A stretch of DNA of 64,000 nt from the NCBI GenBank assembly GCA_963803805.1, contig CAWDOD010000011.1:608001-672000 (forward strand), in the 5' to 3' direction. The position numbers and the translations under genes were made by a program. The notes under the pieces were generated by a model that worked only from the letters and a program-made list of their open reading frames with translations, was not told the DNA's origin and made no database searches. This DNA comes from an uncultured cyanobacterium (GTDB lineage Bacteria > Cyanobacteriota > Cyanobacteriia > Cyanobacteriales > CAWCAG01). Of this stretch, positions 39,148 to 49,615 are shown in pieces. The first letter of the stretch is position 1, and every line of letters starts with the position of its first letter.

Positions 39148-39559
39148 TCAATTATTAAAGCATTGTTCAAAAAGAGCTTGAGTTTGGACAAAAGCGGTTT
39201 CTAAATTTTGGCGATCGCTTTCATCTCGTAGACCAAAATAGGGCCAGTGATCGATAAAATGACCAAAGAGGGTTTCGCAGTCTTCTCTATACTTAGCGGT
39301 ATCTAAAATATGGCAATGCCAAACCTGGTCAATTTCTCTGCTGGGGACAATTTGTTTTTCTGGGTAGCGATGATAGAGGAAAGAGGAACTTGCGATACTG
39401 TTCAATTGCTGAGGTTACTTGAGGGAGAGTCCAACTTTCACCTTCTTCACAATTCATAAGTTTAAAAGCAATTGGCCCCCAATCAATGGTTTGTAACTTT
39501 TCTAAGAAAACTCTATCTGCTTCTTGTAAGGGGTTTTGCTGTTGGGCTAGCTGAGACAT
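39148..39559 (-). CDS. Small protein of the glycine-rich-domain-containing-protein-like (DUF1399-related) family, one apparent frameshift
   Basis: Removing one base near 39380-39382 joins two ORFs into ...AIEQYRKFLFLYHRYPEKQIVPSREIDQVWHCHILDTAKYREDCETLFGHFIDHWPYFG. Confidence 0.75.
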
Positions 39560-39721
39560 AAACTCTTCCTCGATTCTTCAAACAGCTTCCAAGGTAAATA
39601 GGGGAACTTGGGGGGAAGCAAATCTTAGGTTCAGGGGGTGAAACTTCTTTATAATCAAAGGATATGAAGCTTCGAGAAGCTACTTAACTTCACCCCTCCC
39701 CTAACTTTTCCTTTAATAGCA

Positions 39722-42151
39722 ATGCCCAAACATAAAAGCTATGGCCCCAAAGTTAAAGAACGAGCAAAGATACTTTTAGAAGCTTTGTTAGGCTGGGTTG
39801 ATGGCGAATTTGAGGAGTGGGAATATTTGAAGATTGAGACGAGATGGAAGGAAGATAGTTATGATTTGGTTGTTAAGACTCAGCTTCGCTATTTAGAAGC
39901 ATTAACAGAGCAAAAGTTAAACAAGGATAAGATTAAAGAAACTCTCAAACGATTTGAAGACTTTTTAGGGATCTTAGAAGATAATCGTGCTAAAACTCAA
40001 GGTTCTGCTGATTGGCACTTTACCTTAAAACTTTGGTCAAGGGATAAAAGCAAAAATCTCCAAGAGTTGGAAAAAGAATGGGAAAAACTTAGACCAGAAA
40101 AATCGAAACAAGCCACAGGAGATTTGGCGATTCCACCCTCAGAGGAATCTTGGCAATTGGAGAAAGAAAATGAGCCATCCCTTCCTCTACATAATCTCCC
40201 TATTACTGACCATAGCACCTTTGTAGGGCAGCAAACTCAACTAACCAAGTTGCTGAAACTACTTTCTTTTGAACATCCTGCCCATGTAATTGCCATTGAA
40301 GGAGTGGGAGGAATTGGCAAAACTAGTTTAGTATTAGCAGCCGCATATCGTTGTCTGGCGGCTAGTGAAGATCGGCAAGACTTTCCCGGTGTTCCTAACT
40401 TTGCCGCAATTATTTTTACCTCCGCTAAACAAGAACAAATTGTGGGCATCCAGATATCCCCGCGTCAAAAGCAAGAACGTACTCTCCAAGATATTTTTCG
40501 AGCCATTTTGCGTACCCTAGATAATCTAGATACTTTTCCTGCCAACTTTGAGGAACAATGGCATTGGGTACGCGAAAACCTCAGCAACCAGTCAACTTTA
40601 TTGATCATCGATAACCTAGAAACTTGCCAGGAACAACAAGAGGTTCTCGCTTTTATTGGAGAATTGCCACCAACTGTAAAAGTTGTACTTACTAGTCGGG
40701 TTCGTTTGGGATTAGGGGCTTGTTTGCACTTAGATTGCTTGCCCCCAAAAGAAGGTAAATATTTGCTGCAACAACGAGGGCAAGAAAAAACTTTGCAACT
40801 CAAAGAAGAACATCTGCAAAAGCTTTATGAAAAAACTGGGGGACATCCCTTAGCTATTGTGTATACTATTGGTCAAGTTGCAGTTTATGGTATCTTTTCT
40901 ACTTTAGCAAACCAGGGTTTAAATCAAGCTACTAGTGATGTTGCTCAATTTTGTTTTGAGGACTCGACAAAAGGTTTGCGAAGTCAACCTACCCATCGAT
41001 TGCTGATGTCGCTAGGTTTGTTTTCTCAATCAGCTTCCTTAGCTGCAATGACTGAAATTGCTTTGTCAGGGGTTGATGCCTTAGAAGAAATAGCCCAACT
41101 GCATCAACTATGCTTAATCAAGCAAGTAGGGGAAAGATATCAATGGCATCAGCTTACCCGTGAGTATGCCTTAAAAGAATTGCAGGGGCATCCTGAGTTT
41201 GAGCAATTGCTGCGGGAACGCTGGATTAACTGGTATTTGTGCTTTTCTAGACCCTATGCCACCACTAATTGGCGTAGATGGCAAGAATATAAACTCTTAG
41301 AACAAGAGTGGGACAATCTTCGCGGGGTTGTAACTTGGTGTCTGGAGTGTGATCGTTATGAAGATGTGCAAAAATTTTGGCAATGCCTTAAAGGTTATAC
41401 CTATATCCTCGGCTACTGGCAAGAACGTCTGGTTTGGACAAATTGGTTATTGCAAAAAGCGCAGCAACGCCAAGACAGATTGCAGATTGCCGAAGCCTTA
41501 TCTGACCAAGGCTGTACCCTCACTTCAATGGGACAACCACAACAACTAGCTGAAGCAGAAACCCTCTTTATCCAGGCTGAAAAATTTAGTGATCGCCTAA
41601 ACGTAGATTTTCAGCTAGAGTTAGCTATAAATAGAGCTATACTTGCTATTGCTCAAAACCAGCTTAGCGCTGCCCTCAACTGGTTAAATGAATCTCAAAC
41701 TTGGTTACAACAAAAGCCCTCCGAAGATCCTAACCGCCAACACCAACTTCTGCGCCTCAATTACTATCAAGCCCATGTTTGCTACAAGAAGGGAGAATTC
41801 TCAAAAGCGCAAACTCTTTATAGGCAGGCACTGCCCCAAGCCCAAGCAATAGGTTGGCAACAGATGGAAGTTTACAGCCTCAATTGGTTAGCAGATCTTG
41901 CCATCGAAGCATATGATTGGGAGAATGCCGCAGATTTATTAGAGCAAAGTTGGCCTCTTGCTAAAATTCAAAAAGATCGGCGTTCCATCGCTTTTCATCA
42001 GCGTTCCTGGGCTATGTTAGAACAGGGCAGGGGAGAAATAGAACTAGCCCAAAAATGGGCGGAGAAGGCTTTACGCAGCTTTAAGAGGCTAGGAATGGGG
42101 CAGAAAGCTGAAGAAATGGTATTTTTAAGGGATGAGGGGATTATGAGATGA
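39722..42151 (+). CDS. NB-ARC/STAND ATPase with TPR C-terminus and uncharacterised N-terminal domain
   Basis: HNLP..FVG, Walker A GVGGIGKT, Walker B LIIDNLE, VVLTSR, GGHPLAI, YQWHQLTR and C-terminal TPR-like helices. Confidence 0.9.
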   Translation: MPKHKSYGPKVKERAKILLEALLGWVDGEFEEWEYLKIETRWKEDSYDLVVKTQLRYLEALTEQKLNKDKIKETLKRFEDFLGILEDNRAKTQGSADWHFTLKLWSRDKSKNLQELEKEWEKLRPEKSKQATGDLAIPPSEESWQLEKENEPSLPLHNLPITDHSTFVGQQTQLTKLLKLLSFEHPAHVIAIEGVGGIGKTSLVLAAAYRCLAASEDRQDFPGVPNFAAIIFTSAKQEQIVGIQISPRQKQERTLQDIFRAILRTLDNLDTFPANFEEQWHWVRENLSNQSTLLIIDNLETCQEQQEVLAFIGELPPTVKVVLTSRVRLGLGACLHLDCLPPKEGKYLLQQRGQEKTLQLKEEHLQKLYEKTGGHPLAIVYTIGQVAVYGIFSTLANQGLNQATSDVAQFCFEDSTKGLRSQPTHRLLMSLGLFSQSASLAAMTEIALSGVDALEEIAQLHQLCLIKQVGERYQWHQLTREYALKELQGHPEFEQLLRERWINWYLCFSRPYATTNWRRWQEYKLLEQEWDNLRGVVTWCLECDRYEDVQKFWQCLKGYTYILGYWQERLVWTNWLLQKAQQRQDRLQIAEALSDQGCTLTSMGQPQQLAEAETLFIQAEKFSDRLNVDFQLELAINRAILAIAQNQLSAALNWLNESQTWLQQKPSEDPNRQHQLLRLNYYQAHVCYKKGEFSKAQTLYRQALPQAQAIGWQQMEVYSLNWLADLAIEAYDWENAADLLEQSWPLAKIQKDRRSIAFHQRSWAMLEQGRGEIELAQKWAEKALRSFKRLGMGQKAEEMVFLRDEGIMR

Positions 42152-42170
42152 TGGGGTAAAGAGAATGATT

Positions 42171-44128
42171 TTACCGGGTATTAATTTCTTGCAAATGCTC
42201 ACCAGGATTTAACTTTTCAGGATGATTATTATTACCTGTAGTTGTTGTTGGAGAAAGAAAATAACTAAAATTACCAGACCTCAATTGCAGTAATTCTACT
42301 TCTTGTTCTACTTTTTGTCTTTGTTGTTCTTTTTCCACATACTCCACCATTTTTCTCCTGGCAATCTGACCAGATTCAGTATTGAGAGGGACTTTTTCTA
42401 AATAATGTATTGCTTCAATAAAGTCACCTTTTTCTGCTAAATCGTAAGCTTTTTGCAGGAAAAAATCTGCCCTAATTCTTTGCTTTTGGCGATACTCCTG
42501 TAACTTAGGTTTTATGCTTACCCCCACAGCAGTATCCGCAGGTATTTTTTCTAAATAAGTTAGGCCGCAGTAAACTCTTTTTCCTTGGCTAATTCAAAGG
42601 CTTTAGCTAATAATTCTTCGGCATTAGTTTCTAAATTAACTTCTGCTGCTTCTACTAAAGGAGCAAGTTTTTCTTGCCAAAAAGGACTAGGAGGTGCTTT
42701 CTGGGCTGCTGCTATAACTTGCTGCCATTTTTCTTGTTGAAAAGCGGTTTCTGCTGCTTCATACTGTACCTTTGCTAAGCGCCATTCTTGCTGCCATTTC
42801 GCCACCCTAGTTTGAGATTTGTTATAAATAGAGCTATCTTGATTAACAGATTCTGCTAAAGAAATAGCTGCTGTTAAATCTCCGTTAGCATAGGCTTGTT
42901 CTGCTTCCCATAAAACATCAACTCCAGAATCAGCAAGATTAGTATTAAATAAGTAATGAACTCCAAAGGCAATGGCTAAAGCATTAACCGCCGCCATACC
43001 AAACCCTAAACTAGTCAGAACTGGGAAGAGTTTAAAAAGGTTAAGAAAACCAGAATCTAACAATTGAATACTGTTATCAGTAAGTTCTGGCCAAGAAATT
43101 TGCTTGTCTTCTTTTTCCGGCTTTTCCTGTAAGCTTGTTTCGCTTAATAATTCCTCTTGGAGAACAGTTTCTTCTGTAATTAGAAGCTGTTCATCAGAAC
43201 GATGACCAGGAAAAAGTACAAACTGGGGTAAATCTAGCTGGCATAGTGGTTTTAAAGCTGCAATAACCTCTCGCGCTGACTGATAGCGTTCCTGAGCATC
43301 ATAACAAGTCATTCTGTCGATAATTGCCGCTAATTGGTTACTAAAACCAAGTTCAATGGCATTATCTCGACATAAATGTCGCCAACTAATTTTGCCAGTT
43401 TCTAAATTAAGTTGTAACTTAGCAGGATCTAAACCAGTTAAAGCTTGAATAGCGATGCTGCCGACAGAATAAATATCACTATTAGCATAGGGCTTACCTA
43501 TTAGTTGTTCAGGGGCAATATAACCTAAAGGACTAACTGCTACTGTAGTTTTAAAAGGAATAGTATGGCAAGATTGTTCTGGAGGGAAAATATCTATTAA
43601 TTGGGCAGCACCAAAATCAATTAGAATTAGTTTCCCATCCTTAGCTCGCCGAATCAAATTATTCGGTTTAATGTCGCAATGAATCACCCCTTGATCATGA
43701 ACAAACTCCAAAATATTTAATAAGTTGTGGAGCAAATTCAAGACCTGACCATCACAACCCCAACCACCACAATATTCACTCAAAGGTAAATAAGCATCAA
43801 GGGATTGACCGGCTATTAATTCTTGGATTAAATAAAAACCTTGACTCTCTTCAAAAAAGGCTAAAAGTTGAGGAACTTGTTCATAACCCTTCAGCTTTTC
43901 GAGAACTTCTATTTCTTTATAAAATAAGCGTCTACCAGTTCTCAATAAACTAGGATAGTCTCCGACAACTTTTCGATGCTTAACTACACATTTTTTTCTA
44001 CCGGAGGTGGTAATATCTTCAGCGATGTAAGTCTGTCCAAAAGCTCCAGCACTAAGAACTTGGACAATTTTATAACGCTCTTTTAATAGTTGACCTAATA
44101 AGGGATAATTAACTCTATCAGCTAGCAA
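42171..44128 (-). CDS. Ser/Thr protein kinase (Pkn2 type) with TM segment and helical C-terminus, one apparent frameshift
   Basis: LSAGAFGQTY, VVK, IHCDIKPNN, LIDFG and GYIAPEQ motifs. One added base near 42562 continues FTAALTYLEKIPADTAVG into ORF 42171..42527. Confidence 0.88.
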
Positions 44129-44261
44129 TTTCCTTCCTCCCCCCTAATACTATTTATCATTGAACATTAAACATTTATTATCCTTTGTTAAGGATAGGAT
44201 TTCTCGTGTTTTTATTATTTTTTGGTAACAAGTTCCCTCTAACCCACTCATTCGATATAGC

Positions 44262-44526
44262 AATTATTAGTACCATGAAGTATGGCTTAGACTCTGGTTT
44301 TTGCGCTTTTGCTAATGGAAATATGGAAATGTACCTCAGCAGCTTGGAAATTGCTATCTACAAAAATGGGTTACTAAAAATGCTCTGACGATTGATAAGC
44401 TGAAATACTCTTCAGTTTTCCCCGAAGTAATTCTATTTCCGGAAAAACTATCTAGGAATTATTAGTACCATGAGGTACGGCTTAGACTCTGGCTTTTGCG
44501 CTTTTGCTAATGTACCTCAGCAACTT
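44262..44526. repeat. Duplicated ~70-bp element (44262-44345 and 44457-44526)
   Basis: AATTATTAGTACCATGA(A/G)GTA(T/C)GGCTTAGACTCTGG(T/C)TTTTGCGCTTTTGCTAAT...GTACCTCAGCA. Copy 1 carries a 14-nt insert. Confidence 0.9.
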
Positions 44527-44613
44527 ATAAATTACATAAGCTGTCAAGAATTTAATTTATTTGTTAGGATTGACGGAAAACTGCGGAGCTAGGGAGTAAT
44601 AATTGACTAATTA

Positions 44614-46466
44614 TTACTCCTGTGTATTTTCTATTGAAGGGGAACTATCTGGAGTTTTTGGTTCTTCTACCGAATCAAGAAACCATTTAGTTGCTAAACT
44701 CCCTATGCCAACTATGGTTAATAGAGCGACTATCCCTAATAAAATAGCTAAACTCTTGGGTAAAGAGCGTTTAGAAGTTTCTATTTCTGCTTCTTCTGGT
44801 TTTTGTTTTTCTACCTCTACCTCTTCAACTTCCGGTAAGGAAGGGGATATAACCGATGGTTTTTGTTCTGCTTCTGAATTGAGTAGGGCTTCACTAATTA
44901 CACTTACCCCAGGCAACTCTGATAAATTAACTAGTACAGGATATTGAGCAGAAACCCCATAGTAAGCTAAAGAAATGGTGGTATTATCATGACCATTTTT
45001 TTCATTAGCTAAGTTAACCAAACTTTGGGCCATCTCATCTAAAGAAACTTTCCCAGCGATCGCCTCAGGGGCAAAATCTCGCCAATGTTGCTCAATTAAA
45101 TCATTATCACTCAAACCATCGGAGCAAAGCAATAGTAAGCCATCTTCTTCTATAATTAATCTTCTCACCCTAGGGCGCAGCAAATCAGCATCCTTCGTAC
45201 CCAAGGCTTGGATCAAAGCCCCTGCATCTGGACGTTGCCAAGCTTCTCGATACAAACTTCGTCCCAAACTTACTTCTCGACTAGCTACATCATCATCTAC
45301 CGTTAGCTTTTGGCAATATTCTGAAGTAATCCAGTAGGCACGACTATCCCCAACCCAAGCAAGGTAAAGTTCATGGCTATTCCCTACCCCCGATTCTGGT
45401 TGACGCAGTTGTTGCGGGAGTTGCAAGCCCATAACTAAGGTGGTTGCCATTCTTCTACGAGATTCCCTGCCTTGTTCATCATTCCGGGCGGCGATCACAT
45501 TATTAACCACGCGAATTACTGCGGCTAATTGTTGGGCAACTAAATCCGGACTCATGATTTTAGGATCTTCTGCAATCTCCCTTAATAAAGCGCGGATTTG
45601 CAACTTCAAAGTTTGCACCGCTAGCTGACTAGCTACTTCCCCCCCTCATGGCCCCCAATACCGTCGCAAATCGCCGTGAGGTGTTGGCTCAAAGGATCGC
45701 CACTTTCATAAATATCTTCTTTCGTCGGGTAATAGCTATCTTCGTTATGATTTTGACGAGGCCCAGCATCGGTAATCCCAGTAATTTTTACCCTTAATGG
45801 TCTTTGGGCGGCTGTTTCCAATAACAAGCGGTTAAAGCGGGATTGCAAGCTTTTTAAAGAAACATTATCACTTTGTAACTCTGAAACAAATCCTTCTAAC
45901 TGCAAGGCAATATCGCTACTAGCGTAACTAACCAAAGATGACCAGAAGTTTCCTAATTGCTTTAAATTAGCTGGAGTTGCCGTTTCAGGATGCAATTCCA
46001 ATAGCCACAGTCGCCAACCTTGCACTCGCACATTCTTACTATCAAGCAGTAAGCTAGAAGCGACTCCTGCTTCTTGTAGAGGTTCCCACAAATCTAGCAT
46101 TTGCCACAACCAATAAAGCTGCCTCACAGCAGAGGCTTCTCCCCAAGCATCTGCCAAACTAGGATAAAGATTGCCCTGCTCATCTACTGGTACATTTTCT
46201 AGTAAGACAACCTCAGATTTACCTAACCGGCAAACTCCATAAACTTCAGGAATATGGAGGCGTTGGGGAAGCAATTTTAGGTAGATTTGTACCCAGTCTG
46301 ATAAAGAATCTTCCCCAGAAACTGGCTGTTCTGGTTTCGTATCCTGCCAAATTTGCGACCCAATAATTTTATATCTATCTTCAATAAAATCGACTTGAGA
46401 TAACTGAGTTGCACTTTCTCCTGATGCCCAAAGATAGGGATTTATTTTTTGTTGCAAGCTAACCAT
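44614..46466 (-). CDS. PP2C-family Ser/Thr protein phosphatase with N-terminal kinase-like region, one apparent frameshift
   Basis: TDAGPRQNHNED, ICDGIGGHEGG, VGDSRAY, LCSDGLSD and GHDNTT motifs. The C7 run at 45639-45645 needs C8 to read GGEVASQLAVQTL. Confidence 0.9.
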
Positions 46467-46725
46467 AAACTTAAAGTTTTATTAAAAACTATCTGATCAA
46501 AGGCTAAAGAGTAAATATTACCTTGAATGCTGAAAGAATTTAATTTTATAGCTCAATTAGGAAGCTTGTAGCATCTTGCGTTGGGTTAATTTTTTCCTGC
46601 TTCCTACTCCTTACTCCCTACTCACTTACTATAATTGAGATGGAATGCTTTAGAGAAAAATTCTGAATTTTGAGCAGTTGAGGATATGATCTGCACCTTC
46701 GACCAGCTTAAATAATGCCCATTGT

Positions 46726-47157
46726 ATGCCTAATCCTACCTTAATCTGGCTAATTGCCGGGTCACTCCTTTGTTTAACAGAGTTATTTCTGCCCACTGCT
46801 TTTGTATCTTTTATGATGGGGCTAAGCGCTCTAGTCGTGGCGGGGCTGGCTTTGATTTTGCCACAATTTACTTTACAGGTGGCTATTTGGCTAGCTTTAT
46901 CCACTCTGCTAATTCTCCTTTCCCGCCGTTTATTTAGTCCTAGCCGCCGTTTGAGGGATTTAGGTGAAGATAGCGAAGGAAAAACTTTAACCGCTATTGA
47001 ACCAGGAGAAGCAGGAAGGGTACTCTATGAAGGCAACTCTTGGCGGGCGAAATGTGCAGATGATTGGCAAGAAATCGCCGCTCATGAAAAAGTTTATATC
47101 TTAAGAAAAGAAGGTAATACCTTAATTGTTTTGCCTCAAAAAATTCTCTCTTCTTGA
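46726..47157 (+). CDS. NfeD family protein (YbbJ-like)
   Basis: Three TM segments, then GRVLYEGNSWRA...VYILRKEGNTLIV. Lies upstream of an SPFH gene. Confidence 0.9.
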   Translation: MPNPTLIWLIAGSLLCLTELFLPTAFVSFMMGLSALVVAGLALILPQFTLQVAIWLALSTLLILLSRRLFSPSRRLRDLGEDSEGKTLTAIEPGEAGRVLYEGNSWRAKCADDWQEIAAHEKVYILRKEGNTLIVLPQKILSS

Positions 47158-47238
47158 AGAGTATAACTTCATAAAAACAAGCTTTTGTCGCTTGTAGTCT
47201 CTACTAAATCATAAAATTACAATTTAAGGAGATGTCTA

Positions 47239-48252
47239 ATGGGACAGTTTCTCATCCTAGCGTTTTTAGCAATAGTTGGTTCTGGAGTAGCAGGCTCTGT
47301 CAAAATTGTTCAAGAAAAAGAACAGTATTTAGTCGAAAGTTTAGGTAGCTACAAAGGTAAACTCGATCCTGGTTTAAATTTCGTTACCCCTTTCATCGAC
47401 AAAGTTGTTTACAAGGGTAACATCAAAGAAAAAGTTCTTGATATCCCGGCTCAATCTTGTATCACTCGCGACAACGTTTCTATTAGTGTTGATGCTGTGG
47501 TTTATTGGCGGATTATGGATATGTACAAAGCCCATTACAAGGTAGAGAATCTCCGAGATGCCATGGTTAATATGGTGCTTACCCAAATTCGCTCAGAAAT
47601 GGGGCAGCTTGAATTAGATCAAACCTTTACCGCCAGAACAGAAATTAATGAAATTCTCCTCCGGGAGCTAGATATTGCCACCGACCCTTGGGGGGTTAAA
47701 GTAACTAGGGTAGAATTGCGGGATATTGTTCCTTCTCGTGCAGTACAAGATTCCATGGAATTACAAATGTCTGCCGAAAGAAAAAAACGAGCAGCAATTC
47801 TCACTTCTGAAGGAGAAAAAGATTCAGCAGTTAACTCGGCAAAAGGTAAAGCTGAAGCAAGGGTATTAGACGCAGAAGCTCGTAAAAAGGCTGCTATATT
47901 GGATGCAGAAGCCCAGCAAATGGCTATTGTCCTCAAAGCTGAAGCAGAGCGCAAAGAAAAAGTCCTTCAGGCACAGGCTACAGCAGAAGCCTTAGAAATT
48001 GTTTCTCAAAGATTAGCATCAGATTCTCAAAGCCATGAAGCTTTGAAATTTCTTTTAACCCAAAATTACTTGGATATGGGGAAAGCTATTGGTAATAGTG
48101 ATAGCAGCAAAGTTATGTTTTTAGACCCCGGTAGTATTATTTCTACCTTAGAGGGGATGCGCTCTATTGTTGGTAATAATAACAACTCGAATCTAGATTT
48201 TTCTAACCTTAACTTAGCACCAGAAAAAATTGACAATCATTCAGCAGAATGA
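47239..48252 (+). CDS. SPFH domain (stomatin/QmcA-like) protein
   Basis: [31 protein letters not shown] and [13 protein letters not shown] motifs. Confidence 0.93.
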   Translation: MGQFLILAFLAIVGSGVAGSVKIVQEKEQYLVESLGSYKGKLDPGLNFVTPFIDKVVYKGNIKEKVLDIPAQSCITRDNVSISVDAVVYWRIMDMYKAHYKVENLRDAMVNMVLTQIRSEMGQLELDQTFTARTEINEILLRELDIATDPWGVKVTRVELRDIVPSRAVQDSMELQMSAERKKRAAILTSEGEKDSAVNSAKGKAEARVLDAEARKKAAILDAEAQQMAIVLKAEAERKEKVLQAQATAEALEIVSQRLASDSQSHEALKFLLTQNYLDMGKAIGNSDSSKVMFLDPGSIISTLEGMRSIVGNNNNSNLDFSNLNLAPEKIDNHSAE

Positions 48253-48305
48253 GTTTAACTAGTTTCTTTTGAAGGAAAGGAAATTAACTTATTCTAATAT
48301 TCACA

Positions 48306-48332
48306 GTAGAGGCGTTAAATCAACGTCTCTAC
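48306..48332. repeat. GTAG-type REP-like hairpin
   Basis: GTAGAGGCGTT-AAATC-AACGTCTCTAC, related to the hairpin at 15882. Confidence 0.55.
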
Positions 48333-48354
48333 CGTTTTAATTATTAAAGCTTTT

Positions 48355-49470
48355 ATGCAACAAACAGCATCTTCTTTGTCCAGGTCTAAAAATACCCTTC
48401 ATTATCAATTAACTAAATTAGATGCTCTCAGAGGCTTTGCCAGCATTTATATCGTTTTACATCACTTGGTTATCAAATTTGTCAACTCTCAAGCTGAAGC
48501 TTCCTTGTTCCTAAAAATCCTAAAGCTCATTTTTAGTTTTGGACAAGAATTTGTCATTTTATTTTTCCTTATTAGCGGCTTTGTTATTTATTTATCCACT
48601 AAAAGAAATAGTCAGCTTAATTTTTCAAATTACTTTCTCAAACGTTTTAGACGTATATACCCCCCAGTTATTATCGCTATTTTACTATCTATACTAATTG
48701 TTATCCTGAATGGCAAAATTGCGCGAGGTATTAATTTAGGGCAGCTTGTAGGTAACTTATTGATGATTCAAGATACTGGTTTCACTAAACCAGGGGTTTG
48801 GTGCGAACCTTTTGTCAACAACTATCCCCTTTGGTCTTTATCTTACCAATGGTGGTTTTATATGCTGTTTTTCCCACTTTACAAAACCTTACCTCAGAGT
48901 AATTATCGTATTTACTTTATTCTCTTTATTTCTGGGAGTGCTTGGTTGAGTTACTTGGCTCAACCCAACTACCTTTTTTTAGTGTTTACTTATTTAATTA
49001 TTTGGTGGTCTGGCTTAGAAACTGCTGCTGTTTTCTTGAGATATAGCCGCTTTAGCTTCAGCAAAATGAAACATATATTCATTTGCTTAAGCATCATGTG
49101 CTTTGCCACTTTTATGCCTCTACTTCAAGCAGAGGAAATAAGTTTTGGCATTTATCCTTTCTTGATATTTAGACACTTTATTGCTAGCTTATTGATATTA
49201 GTTGTTGCCCTTATTTGGTATCAAAGGGGCATGATCTTCTTTCGACAAACTTTAGGACATTTTGCGGTTCTTGCCCCTATATCCTACGGCATTTATTTAT
49301 TCCATTACCCCATCTTAATTTCCTGGAACACTAGCTCCTGGTTACCTAACTTCATCTTATCTCTAGGTATGAAATTAGTCTGTGTTATAAGTTTAGCTTA
49401 CTTAGTTGAACAAAAAATGCAACCAAGTATTCGCGATTTTTTCCAACCCAGAAAATCACCCGTGGGCTAA
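48355..49470 (+). CDS. Acyltransferase family 3 (OafA-like) membrane protein
   Basis: LDALRGFA..IVLHH, FFLISGFVI, KRFRRIYP, LWSL..Q and ISYGIYLFHYP motifs. Confidence 0.92.
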   Translation: MQQTASSLSRSKNTLHYQLTKLDALRGFASIYIVLHHLVIKFVNSQAEASLFLKILKLIFSFGQEFVILFFLISGFVIYLSTKRNSQLNFSNYFLKRFRRIYPPVIIAILLSILIVILNGKIARGINLGQLVGNLLMIQDTGFTKPGVWCEPFVNNYPLWSLSYQWWFYMLFFPLYKTLPQSNYRIYFILFISGSAWLSYLAQPNYLFLVFTYLIIWWSGLETAAVFLRYSRFSFSKMKHIFICLSIMCFATFMPLLQAEEISFGIYPFLIFRHFIASLLILVVALIWYQRGMIFFRQTLGHFAVLAPISYGIYLFHYPILISWNTSSWLPNFILSLGMKLVCVISLAYLVEQKMQPSIRDFFQPRKSPVG

Positions 49471-49615
49471 ATAAAAATCCCTTTACTTTTCCGAAGAGCT
49501 ATTACTGTAAGTTAAACTTATAAATAACTTAACTAGGGGCTAATTGAAAATACTCAGCAAATCTAAAAGAACTAACTAGAAACAGAACAGCTAATCGACC
49601 AATAATCAATCCCTA

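Noticed and set aside
44262-44526. c-di-GMP-I (GEMM) riboswitch on the minus strand (GCGCAAAAGCCAGAGTCTAAG looks similar)
   Set aside because: The GNRA-capped stem expected before CGCAAA and the 3' pairing strand are missing, so the similarity appears superficial. An Rfam search would settle it.
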